Shown here: positions 13,631-25,754 of the stretch, in pieces
How positions within the stretch are numbered: the first letter of the stretch is position 1
Layout: the number at the start of each line of letters is the position of its first letter
Assembly: GCA_016748015.1 (NCBI GenBank)
Contig: JAAOMT010000699.1
Span: forward strand, 248,001 to 312,000
Reading direction: 5' to 3'
Origin: Geosiphon pyriformis uo1
Taxonomy: Eukaryota; Fungi; Glomeromycota
DNA: 64,000 nt
Position numbers and translations under genes: made by a program
The notes under the pieces: generated by a model
What the model saw: only the letters and a program-made list of their open reading frames with translations
What the model was told of the DNA's origin: nothing
The model's database searches: none

Positions 13631-15980
13631 TTTATTATATATTAAGTTTTTTACATATTTTATATCAATTATATCAAATTTCTGAATTAAATTTTAATAG
13701 ACTAAACAATAAATAGTAAATAATAAAAGTTTATTAAAATTGGCAATAGGTAAATAATTTTGGTATTATAAAAACTCTTTTTTAATAACTTTGTTATATA
13801 CTACTAAAGTTTTATTTCTATATAAATTAGATAAATATAGAAAAAATAATTAACAAATATAACTATTCTTTCCCACTTTTCATTCTTGTAAGAAATTTTA
13901 AACTGTAGTTCCTTCTATTTTTTATTTTTTTTTTATTTTTCATTCTTACAAAACATAAATAACAGACTAATAATTGTTAATTTTTTACTATTTAGTCCTA
14001 AAATTTAATTTAATTATTTGATAATTAATTGTTCATAATTTTTTATTTCATATTCATTGGTTATTTAAATATTAAATTTGGTAATCAGTAGTTATTTAAA
14101 TATTAAGTTGTGAATTATTAGTAAGTAATAATTAAATTTAAATGTTAAATTTGTGTATTTTTGGTGAGTGATAGGTATTCATATATTGAATTGCGAATTA
14201 TTAATAAATAATAGTTATATTCGTATATTGAATTCATAAATTATTAGTAGATAATAGTTATTTAAATATTAAATTTACACATTTTAGATAAATAGTAGTT
14301 ATATTTAAATGTTGAATTTATAAATTATTGGTGGATAGTAATTATATTTGAATATTGAATTGTAAATTATTGGTAGATAATAGTTATTTAAATGTTAAAT
14401 TTATAAATTATTGGTAAGCAATAATTATTCATCAATTGTTATATTAAACTAAAGTCAAGCTTAATAAAGTTTTCTTTTTCTACCGATTTTGTCAAGCCTA
14501 TTCTATTGGCTATAGTTTTATTAAATAGTAGATAGAAACAGTTTAATTCATAATATACATAAATATTTATAAATAAAAACAAATATTTAGTTAAAATATA
14601 ATATGCACAAAAATTAAATAAAATTCATATTATTGACTATAAGTAGAAATAAGCATTTAACAAAATAGGTGCGTGCACAAAAATTAGAAAAAATCATATT
14701 TAGTAATATAAAAAAGTTGTAAAATCCATGTTTGAATAGGTTTTTTTAGTTAAAATTAAGATTTTTTTTGGTAAAAAATGCTTTTTTCTTTTGTTTAATA
14801 CTTAAAGCTAAATAAAATACATTAATACTTTTATTTGAATTTTTTTATTAATTAAAACTTTTTAATTTTTAAAATCTGCTACAGTTATTAATATAATTAA
14901 GGATAAAAATAAATTTCTTAGATTTTTTGGTGTTTTTTGAATTTATAAGTTGTAAGTAATGAGTAATAAATAATATATTATTAGTTATATTGGTTATAAT
15001 TATTGTGTTTGTAAATTAGTAAACATTAATAATTTATTATTAGTAGTCAATAAAGATAAAAGTAATTTTATATAGAATAAAATTTTGCTTAAAAACAGAA
15101 AATATTTTTTTATATATGTTATTGTTTTTAAGTTATTGATTTTAAAATCAAGCAAAAATACAAAAACAAGAATTTAAAAATACAAAAATAGATTTAACCA
15201 ATATGTAATTTTTGAAAACAAAGCTTTACTTTTTTTTTTTTCTTTATTTATTTAACGAGCAAGGTCTAAACACTACCTAGAACTATACATCAAAGAAATG
15301 ATCTAAACTAGGCGTGAATCATGCATTTTCCACACGTGACCAGCCACTCGAGCCAGTCAGGACAACACTATGCAATTATATTAACTGAAACCGGGTCACC
15401 AATACCTGAAAAAAAAGAGCAAGATTTGCGAAAGCCAAAACGGACGCCAAAAGCTTCAGTAACACCAAGCAGTTTAATCACACCATCCGAGAATCTTAAT
15501 GCCAAACCAGAAAATGAGACGGGAACCGAGCCATCCACCGGGATCAGGCCATTCTTTTCCATGTATGCATGGTGCTTAGCACGGACCAACCAAATGTCAT
15601 TTCTGAAAGTGATACAAATAGAGCGTACAAAATCAGCAATCCTAACGCCAGCTTTACTTTTTAAAATCTTAGTACTTTTTAGAAATTTTTTATACTATTA
15701 AGCAAATTTTTATAACTAATATAATATTAAACAGATTTTTATAATTTAGTTTTTTAATTTGGCTATTCTAAAATAATTAAATACAATTAATATAAGAAAT
15801 CAAATTCATATTATTCTTAAAATTATAAAATTTATTATAATATTAAATTTAACTTATTTTTTTGTTTAAAAATTATATAAGAAAACAATATAAATAATTA
15901 AAAATAAATTAATTATTAAAAACATAATATCTATATCTTGTATTCAAAAAAATTAATATACTAGATTAAATAATATAAAT
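13631..15980. mobile_element. AT-eroded copy of the unclassified repeat at 43434-45350, interrupted by a LINE
   Basis: Colinear similarity including the ~40-bp minisatellite (14060-14430); differences mostly C>T/G>A. Confidence 0.85.
15230..15649 (-). mobile_element. 5'-truncated non-LTR retrotransposon (LINE): end of ORF2, 3' UTR, poly(A), TSD
   Basis: Open minus-strand frame ...FVRSICITFRNDIWLVRAKHHAYMEKNGLIP...VSVNIIA* (stop 15368); ~125-nt UTR; A12 tail (T-run 15230-15241); flanked by direct repeat AGCTTTACTTTTT (15222-15234, 15650-15662). Confidence 0.85.
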
Positions 15981-18359
15981 AAAAGAAAAACAATTAAACA
16001 TAGCCAATATACATATTTTTTGTTATAATACATAATTTGAAAATATAACTATTTACTTAAAATACATTCTCTAAACATTTAAAAGATTTCAAAACAATTT
16101 TAATGTTTATTATTATCATATTTTGATTCTAATAGATGTTTTATTATTAGCATTAATTTAATTACAAAAAATTATATTTTGAATATTAAAAATAAAAAAA
16201 AATTATTTTTTTATTAATTTTAAACATTTAAAGTTAAATTAAAATAAAAAATTTTGTTATAATAATTTATTTATCTTTAAAATAAAAATATTATTACATA
16301 TTACATATTACAAAGACAAATTTTTTTATACTTTCTATTTATCATATTATTTTTGTAATATTATTTTATATTATAATATTTAAATAATTTTAACTTGATT
16401 CTAACATAAAAATTTTTACATTATATTAATTTGTAATTAACAAAAATTGAATATTTGTGATTTATGTTAATATTAAATAATTGTATATTATAATAAATTA
16501 AAATTAAAAAACAAGAGAAAAACATATTATAAAGAACATATTAATATTGAAAACCACAAAATATAAACTTTGTTATTAAGAATAAAATTTGTCAATACAA
16601 CTTCTCATTTATAATAATTTTTGTCAAATAAAGCTAATTTTACAGGTTTTTTTAATTAATTTAACAACTATTAAAAATATATAAATAAAATAAAAATATT
16701 TAGAATTCTTAAAATCTTATTCAAAATTCCAAATATTATAATTTTTTTCAAATGGTTTTCAATAAAATAAAATATTTTATTAATATTATTATAGTCATAT
16801 AAATTTTAATATCTATTAATACAATGTTAAAAAATTAATTATTGTTTTAATATATATTAATAAATATCTAAAAATAATATTTAAAAAAAAACTAGTTTAA
16901 TCTTTAAGAATAAATTGAAATTAATCATTTTTTTTATTAATTAAATCATGATTTTCATTATTTATGTAAAATAAAATAGGTTTAAATATAATAATGTAAA
17001 TTTGTATTTTAAAATATTATTCTTTACTATGTATAAAATATTTAAATAAAACTTTTATCATTGTCTATTTTATCTATCAAATTTATTATAATTTAAATAA
17101 TAATTTCTATTCATATTTTTAATAAAAAATTATCTTAATTAGTATTTTAAAATTAAGTAAAATATTTTATTATATTGTTTCTACTTATTTTATTTAATTT
17201 AATTATTAATATTAAATATGTTTCTTTGCTTAATAATAATATTTTGACTTTTATTTTTTAGTACATAAATATTAAATTTGAATATTCTGTTGTAATATAT
17301 ATAAGATAATAAAATTTTAATTTATAATAATATACAATGTTTTTTGTTTTTGAGCTTAACTTATAAAACATTATATAATTAATTTTTATATATATTACCA
17401 AAAACAAAATTATAATGTTTTTGAATGATTTATTTTTTTTAAATATATTTAGAATTCAAATAAAATAAATTTTTATTATTGTAAAATATTATCAAAATAT
17501 TATTAATTAATAATTTAAGTGATTAATTATTATTAAATTAGGTATTAAAGAGCAACATAAAATAGAATAAACAATAAAATATAATAATTAAGATAAAATT
17601 ATTTGAATATAACACAAAAACTCATTTAAGCTTATAAGTTGAAAAGTTCGTGCTAATTTATGTAATATACAAATAACAATATTTTTATGTTTGATTATGT
17701 CTAATAAATGCTTAATAAGCATTAATAATAACTAAATTAAGATACTTTTTTTAAAATAACAATTTTTAATATAAACTTAATTACAATTAAATAAAAAGCT
17801 TTTTTTTCTTTTAGATTGGCCATTATTTTTTTATTAAATTCATTAAAAAGTACTGAAAATTTGTTTTTATATAATAATTATATTTAATAGTACAGTTAAA
17901 AATAAATCAAATATAAATAATAGAAAACTTTTTAAATCTGACAATTTATAAATTTGTTAATAAAAACAAATATACATAATTAAATCATTCAAGTTATTTA
18001 ACATTTTATAATAACATTTGTGTTTTCAAAAAGCCAATTTTTTTTGTATATTAATCAGTTATTTGTTTTTTATTTATTTTATGTTTTTTTCTTATTTAAT
18101 ATATTATTAGCAAGGTTATATGCATTTTTATACAAATAATTATTAATTTAACTTTTCTTTTTGGAATATAAATGCTAAACCTTTTTCTGTAAAGACAAAA
18201 GATAATATTTCAAAAAAATTATGTAAAATATTTTGAATTTAAAAATGCATGTAAAAAAAAGTTTATACAATTGGCAAGACATCTAAAGATCATAGTAAAC
18301 CATTTTTTCAATTTTTTGTTGTTCAAATATTAACTGTTCTACTACATAATGATCGAAAA

Positions 18360-18725
18360 TTGTTAAATTCAGCAGATCAAAAAGGCTTTGAATTAGCATA
18401 TATTGTGGAATTTAATCCCAATACAAACATGATGACATGTTCAATATACATTACATTTTGGGAGCCAGAAGCAGCTGATTTTGGTCATTATTTTCTACTT
18501 CATCAAGGTGAACCAAATTTTCAATCCTTTGAATCTATTCATTATTATGATGCTCAAATAAATGATGTTGTAAGATATTATTGTCTCTTGGCTGGAAATA
18601 AGAGAATTACCAAAATATCATTTCTTCAAAGCGGAGTAGCATTGGTATATGACTTAGAAAAATTTGGTAATAATATTGCTTTAACAATCCCACTGTCTTA
18701 TGATGGATTATTAATTGAAACCTAG
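18360..18725 (+). CDS. Hypothetical protein or gene fragment (121 aa, TTG start)
   Basis: Open frame with protein-like composition in an AT desert; the upstream ATG is out of frame; no family recognised. Confidence 0.3.
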   Translation: MLNSADQKGFELAYIVEFNPNTNMMTCSIYITFWEPEAADFGHYFLLHQGEPNFQSFESIHYYDAQINDVVRYYCLLAGNKRITKISFLQSGVALVYDLEKFGNNIALTIPLSYDGLLIET

Positions 18726-19613
18726 AATTATATGATTAATATAAAGCCTTGAATAATCCATGGATTATCTCGAGTCCTAATCATAATGCTTTTGTTATTG
18801 TCTTACTTTGAAAACCGCTTCAAAATATTATTTTTACTAAAATAATTTTTGCATTATAACCAATTTGAAGTTGTTGAAAAAAAGTTTCACTGAAAAGCGG
18901 ACGACATTTTCCACACATTGGTTTGATTACTTTTACAAGAGATATTTATAATTCAATTTAATGAATATTCAATGAATTGCTTTTTTAAACTTTTTACAGC
19001 TTAATACAATTAGACAATTTTGGTTTATAAAATTTAAACAAAATAAATTTTATTTACTTATTAAAATATACTTGTCTGATATAATTAATGTAATAAAATA
19101 AAGAAAATGTAGTAAGTTTTTAATTTTAATGAGTTCGATTTTGAAAATAATGAATTTGATAACTTTTGAAAACAAAGGTAAATGGTTTCAACTTTCTGGC
19201 ATCTTTAGTATTTATTTATTATAGTTTTACTCAATGAAAAATAAAATGTTATTTTTTCTAAAATACTATAAATAGAGATTTTAACAATTGTAACACAAAT
19301 ATAGGCATGAGCGAATTTAATTAGTAATAAATAAAACATTCTTATAAATTTCTTTGGTTTTTCATAATAACAGAAATCTAAATCACTTGCTATATTAAAC
19401 TTTTTAATTTCGACTAGTACATAATTGAAATCATTTCTAATTCTACAATGAAGATCATGCCCCAGGTTAATTAGTCTGGTTTCACAACAGGTTAAATGTG
19501 TCAAAAATCTATTAAAACGCAATCTGTATGACCCTCACCACCCACAACTTTGCTGCTCTAAAATCAAATTATAAACCTTCCCTCAAAAATCCACAAGCAT
19601 TTCATTAAAAACG

Positions 19614-22437
19614 ATGTCTTCAGCTGTAAAGTTACCTTCACTAAAAACACTGACGTTACAAGCATCAGCTGCCGAATGGTTTGAAACCTCTATTCGTGAT
19701 AGAGACATAAAATATTTTGAATACAATAAATTTCATAACAAAAAATACTTTGGTGATGGAGCTTCCAGCGTGATAGAGAAGGCAAAATATACTATTGATG
19801 GTATGGATATAACATTTGCATTGAGAAAACTCAAACGAGTCACACAAAATGATAAAACCGAAGTAGAGGAGTTTATAAAAGAGGTTTGAATGAAAAAGTT
19901 TTACATTGCTAGTAAAGTAAGAATTGCTATATTATTATGCCAATTTAAAATTAAAGAATCGCCTGAAAACCTTTAGATAAAATTCTTGCGAGATATTGAT
20001 TTTTTCCCAAATATTCTAAGATTTCATGGTCTTAGCAAAACTATAGAAGGTATTTATTTTTAAGGCTCTTGATAAAATTCTTTTAACAAACACTAACTTT
20101 ACTTTATAAAATGTATTAGATGACAATATAAAATATATTTTAGTTCTTGAATACGCTAATGGAGGTTCTTTACGTGATTACCTATCATTAGAGTTTCAGA
20201 ATATGAATGGGAAAGAAAAGCTTCGGATGGCACAGGAATTGGCAAGGGGAATTCAATGCCTGCATGAAAACGAAATCATTCATCGAGATCTTGTAGGTTT
20301 TACACTTTGATATTTTAAAAGCTATTTTAAGATTAGACTACATCACTAAATATTTTACTTTTAGAATTCATCAAATGTTTTGGTGCATAACAAAACGATA
20401 AAAATATCCGATATTGGTCTTCCGAAAAATCAAAGTGAAATGCTAGGTTTAGCCAATGAGATTAAAGGCCAACCTGCTTACATAGACCCTCAATGTTTCA
20501 AAGACGAAGGATTCATCCGAAATAAGAAATCAGATATTTATGCTTTTGGCGTCCTCCTATGGGAATTAACAAGTGGCCGCTCACCATTCAAAAATACTAG
20601 AAAATGGATGCTTATATGTAAGGAAATTTTAATTTACTATAGTTCTATAAAGGCTCTACTTATAGGTAAAACTTCTAAATATTATTAGCCCAAATTGCTG
20701 ATGGTATACGAGAAACCCCTGTCGAAAATACACCAACTGAATATATTGTACTGTATAAAAAGTGTTGGAATGAGTCACTTGATAATAGGCCTAGCATCAA
20801 CGAAGTGAACGAAAAACTCAAGGGAATTCAATGGAATTCGGAAGATGCCTTGAGTTTTCAAACAGGCCACGTCTCATTAACACCACAGCTAACAAGTGAA
20901 ACCACCTTAATAAGCTCTATGGGTTTGGCTAATACAAGCATCATGGCTCTTTTAGAAGACATTTTAACTATAATCAACGAAGGTTTAGACATCTATACAG
21001 ATGAAGATACCTCAAAAATAATTCCTCGTCTAGAAAAACATCTTGAAAATGTTGGACAAAGCTTCAAAGATCTTTTCGAAACTATAAAAGTAAATCAAAC
21101 TTCCTCCAATTCAGATTTTTTGCTTGGTTTTTTTTACCAATTTGGAATTGAGATTGATGTCAACCTTAAGCAAGCTTTTTTAAAATATCAGAAAAGTGCT
21201 TCTCAAAAAAATATTTGGGACAATTTTTTCTCGGGAAATGTTATATGGAGGGTACCGGTACTGAAAAAAACAAACAAAAAGCCGTCGAATGGTATATAGC
21301 AGCAGCGGAAAAAGGAAATTCAGCAGCTCAATATCACCTTGGCTATTGTTACGGACATGGGAGCGGAGTTTCTAAAGATCTTGTAAAGGCTGTTAAATGG
21401 TATGCCAAAGCAGCGAAAAAAGGAAATCCAAACGCACAATTTAACCTAGCAATCTGCTATTTTAATGGGGATGGCGTAATCAGAGATCTCGCAAAAGCTG
21501 TAGAATTTTTTACAGCAGCAGCGGAAAAAGGAAACTCCAAGGCACAATACAATCTTGCAAATTGCTATTACGTAACCAAAGATCTTGAAAAAGCAATAGT
21601 ATGGTTTACTAAATCAGCGGAACAAGGACATTCACTTGCACAATGTTCTCTCGCAAATTGCTATTACGATGGAACTGGAATGACCAAAGATCTTGCAAAA
21701 GCGATAGAATGGTTTACCAAATCAGCGGAACAAGGACATTCAGTTGCACAATGTAATCTTGGACTTTGCTATTACAAAGGAACTGGAGTAACCAAAGATC
21801 TTGCAAAAGCGATAGAATGGTTTACCAAATCAGCGGAACAAGGACATTCAGTTGCACAATGTCTTCTCGCAAATTGCTATTACGATGGAACTGGAGTAAC
21901 CAAAGATCTTGAAAAAGCAATAGTATGGTTTACTAAATCAGCGGAACAAGGACATTCACTTGCACAATGTATTCTTGCAAATTGCTATTACGATGGAACT
22001 GGAGTAACCAAAGATCTTGCAAAAGCGATAGAATGGTATACCAAATCAGCAGAACAAGGACATTCAGATGCACAATGTCTTCTCGCAAATTGCTATTACG
22101 ATGGAACTGGAGTAACCAAAGATCTTGCAAAAGCAATAGTATGGGGTTTACCAAATCAGCGGAACAAGGACATTCAGTTGCACAATATCTTCTCGCAAAT
22201 TGCTATTACAATGGAACTGGAATAACCAAAGATCTTGCAAAAGCGATAGAATGGTATACCAAATCAGCAGAACAAGGACATTCAGATGCACAATGTCTTC
22301 TCGGAAATTGCTATTACAATGGAACTGGAGTAACCAAAGATCTTGCAAAAGCAATAGTATGGTTTACCAAATCAGCGGAACAAAGACACCCCATTGCCAA
22401 GTATTATCTTGACATTACGATATTTTTAAATGAATAA
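19614..22437 (+). CDS. Tyrosine-kinase-like kinase fused to Sel1-like repeats (two apparent frameshifts)
   Basis: Spliced kinase: GDGASS, FALRK, EFIKE|IKFL, LVLEYANGGSL, IIHRDL|NSSNVL, KISDIG, GQPAYIDPQ, KSDIYAFGVLLWEL, CW..RP; then about 12 Sel1 repeats; frame shifts at ~21210 and ~22144. Confidence 0.85.
21610..22385 (+). repeat. Seven near-identical 108-bp Sel1 repeat units
   Basis: Unit aaatcagcggaacaaggacattca...gcaaattgctattacgatggaactggagtaaccaaagatcttgcaaaagc... Confidence 0.95.
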
Positions 22438-22659
22438 CCAAAGATTTAGCGGAGACAGTTGAATAGTATACCAAAGCAGGGGAAAAGAGATCCGATGCAT
22501 ATTAAATCAAGATCTTTGCCTAATAAAACATTTAGTCATAATAACCTCACATATTAAGAAAATTTTTTTTTTAGTACTGAGTATTTAAATATTGAGTTGT
22601 TTCTACAAAATCAAAATTCAACTAAAATTCATCTTGTATAAATTCTAGCCATTTTTATT

Positions 22660-22679
22660 NNNNNNNNNNNNNNNNNNNN
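22660..22679. other. Assembly gap (N run)
   Basis: Run of 20 n. Confidence 1.
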
Positions 22680-23288
22680 AAATCAGCGGAACAAGGACAT
22701 TCACTTGCACAATGTATTCTTGCAAATTGCTATTACGATGGAACTGGAGTAACCAAAGATCTTGCAAAAGCAATAGTATGGTTTACCAAATCAGCGGAAC
22801 AAGGACATTCAGTTGCACAATGTCTTCTCGCAAATTGCTATTACGATGGAACTGGAGTAACCAAAGATCTTGCAAAAGCAATAGTATGGTTTACTAAATC
22901 AGCGGAACAAGGACATTCACTTGCACAATGTCTTCTTGCAAATTGCTATTACGATGGAACTGGAGTAACCAAAGATCTTGCAAAAGCAATAGTATGGTAT
23001 ACCAAATCAGCGAAACAAGGACATTCAGAAGCACAATATCATCTCGCAAATTGCTATCACGATGGAACTGGAGTAACCAAAGATCTTGGAAAAGCGATAG
23101 AATGGTTTACCAAATCAGCGAAACAAGGACATTCAGAAGCACAATATCATCTCGCAAATTGCTATTACGATGGAACTGGAATAACCAAAGATCTTGCAAA
23201 AGCGATAGAATGGTATACTAAATCAGCGGAACAAGGACACTCCATTGCAAAGTATTATCTTGACATTACGATATTTTTAAATGAATAG
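22680..23288 (+). CDS. 3' part of a second kinase/Sel1 copy (5 repeats plus the same C-terminus); 5' end lost in the gap
   Basis: Open frame of 108-bp units ending EQGHSIAKYYLDITIFLNE*; downstream ~210 bp nearly duplicates 22438-22651. Confidence 0.75.
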   Translation, partial: KSAEQGHSLAQCILANCYYDGTGVTKDLAKAIVWFTKSAEQGHSVAQCLLANCYYDGTGVTKDLAKAIVWFTKSAEQGHSLAQCLLANCYYDGTGVTKDLAKAIVWYTKSAKQGHSEAQYHLANCYHDGTGVTKDLGKAIEWFTKSAKQGHSEAQYHLANCYYDGTGITKDLAKAIEWYTKSAEQGHSIAKYYLDITIFLNE

Positions 23289-25010
23289 CCAAAAATTTAG
23301 CAGAGACAGTTGAATAGTATACCAAAGCAGCGGAAAAGAGATCCGATGCATATTAAATCAAAATCTTTGCCTAGTAAAACATTTAGTATAAAAACCTCAC
23401 ATATTAAGAAATTTTTTTTTTAGTACTGAGTATTTAAATATTAAGTTGTTTCTAAAAAATCAAAAATCAACTAAAATTCATCTTGTTTAAATTCTAGCCA
23501 TAAAAAATTGCATTTGATTATTTGATTTATTGGTATCAATTTTAATATTTGAAATAATGATTATACAATTAATAAACTATTTGTAAATAAGAAATTAAAG
23601 TTTATTTATATTGATAATTTTAGACTTTTATTATTGTTGCATAATAATAAGCTAAAAATAGCAAAATTAATTCAATATGCTTGTTTTTTGAAAATGGATT
23701 ATATGTTAAGCATTTCAAATAATAAAAAGTTTATCTGTATATATTTTTTAATAAAAACCTGAGCTGCAAATATTTGTTAATTTTGAACTGTATAATAAAT
23801 TTTAATTTCTAATATATTATAAAGTAAAAGGGCGAATGAATGTGGCAAAGTTAGCCAAATAAATTCCCGTGACGCTTGAAATTATCACTTGAACAAATGG
23901 CATTTATCGCCAAAATACCCTATTTTTAACTTTATTAGTTTTTTCGTAATAAAAAATGGAATTAAAATTAATTATGGAGATTTGCAAAAATTTTAACTTC
24001 TAAATATAAAATAAAAATAGTTTGTTTATATTTTTCCAGTATGAAACTTTTATTGATGTGTAATATATTCAATAAGTTAAAGAATAACATTTGAAACTTA
24101 AATTTGATTCACTTTTAGAATTAAAAAATTTTAGTACTATGAATAAAAATTCTTAATTACACAATATAACAAAATAAATTGAGTTGAAATATATTCTAAC
24201 ATATTGAAATGAATATATGAAACTTTGTAGTCAATATATTTAAATTTTATATATTATAATATAATAAAAGCTATCTAAAATATATTTACTTATAAAAAAT
24301 TAGTAAAATTAAGCTAATTAAATATCGAGCGAAAAATTTCATTGCCGAACACGATTTGTCTAAATGTATATATATATACATGTAGTATAATAAATAAATG
24401 TTAAACAATTGCATAAAACTATATTCTCAATTTTATTTACCTTTTTTAAGCTAAATTAGAATTTTTAAAGTAATAAATAATTAATGGCAATTAAATTAAA
24501 GAAATGATATAGGTAAGCCCACAAAGTGGTTACTCAATAAAAACATATCACAATCTTTTATTGTAACCATATCTTCACAAATATTGGTGAATATGTAGAA
24601 TAAATACCCTATTTGTTACTATGTACAAAATAAACTTTTGTTAAAAAGCTACTATATTACGAGTTTATGAAATTAATCCCTGAATTATTAAACCTCAAGA
24701 AGCAAACTTTTGTTTCCTGAAATTTTGAATATATTTCTTTCATCGAATTTAGAAAGCATCAAAAATAATTTGAATTTTTATTAATTGAAACGAAACATAA
24801 TTTTAAAGATAAATCTAGTTCTATCATAAAACTCTCATCTATCATTTCACCCGGCATTGTAGCGTGCTCATAATGTGACCGGTTTTCACAATTTTTAAAA
24901 AATTTTTGATGACTCCCAAGTACCAAACAAAATTTTTTAAATATTTATAATGAAGATATATTGAATAACCGTCATTTTCTTTCGAAATAATAAATTTTTC
25001 ATTCGTAGTA

Positions 25011-25268
25011 GATCAAATCAATATATTTCGGTAGTAAGCGCATGGTTTTCGTTTTACACAGTGGGAAAGTATATTAAGAATGTTCAATATTGTCTAAACT
25101 TTAATATTTAAACCCGATATTAGATCTTCAAATAAACGGAACTTGCATATAAAAAGTCTCAAGAAGGATATTTGTCCATAATGAAAAAGAAAAAAAATTA
25201 TTATTGCCTAGACTTAAGCTAATATTAACAATTTTAAAGTTATTACCAAAGTATTATCATTTAAAATA
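25011..25268. repeat. Dispersed ~250-bp repeat, copy A (copy B at 43180-43412)
   Basis: Shared blocks atcaaat.aatatatttcg, ggttttcgttttacac, ttgtctaaa.tttaatattt, gacttaagc.aatatt, attatcatttaaaa. Confidence 0.8.
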
Positions 25269-25754
25269 TTTTAACGCCTTTCTTTTAAAATAAGTTGATC
25301 AAAAGCCTTCCAAATATTGAAAATCTTGTAATATGAATGAATAAATTTTGAAGAGGTAGAAATTAAAGAAATTGGGAATTTTCTCTAAAAAAGGTTAAGG
25401 AATAAAATCTTACTTGGCTTTCTTGAATAAAGGGTACTGTGGTTGCGAATTGTGAAAATGAGCTTGAGTAAACAATTCCTTTTAAATCTTAAAATTTTTA
25501 AAGGTTTTGATTTAACGAGAAACAAAGATTTAGGAGATTTCAGTTTTCCTCTCAAATTTATAGGCCTGATTGATCGATTTTAATAATTATTTTGAAAAAA
25601 GCTCTCATACAGATAAAATTTTCATTCATTTTAATTCTTTTAGATATATTTTTATACATCTATTGTAGTTTTAAAAACATTTAATTCTTGGACAAAATGA
25701 TTCATTCATTTTCATAGCTGTTATTTTCTATAAAAAAATTATCGAAATTTGTTT

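Noticed and set aside
15700-18300. AT desert as a centromere or origin
   Set aside because: Its left part aligns to the eroded repeat; mutated TE debris is the simpler explanation and there is no positive evidence
21933-23221. Alternative-frame and antisense ORFs (MYSCKLLLRW..., MLLQDLW...)
   Set aside because: Shadow frames of the 108-bp Sel1 repeats
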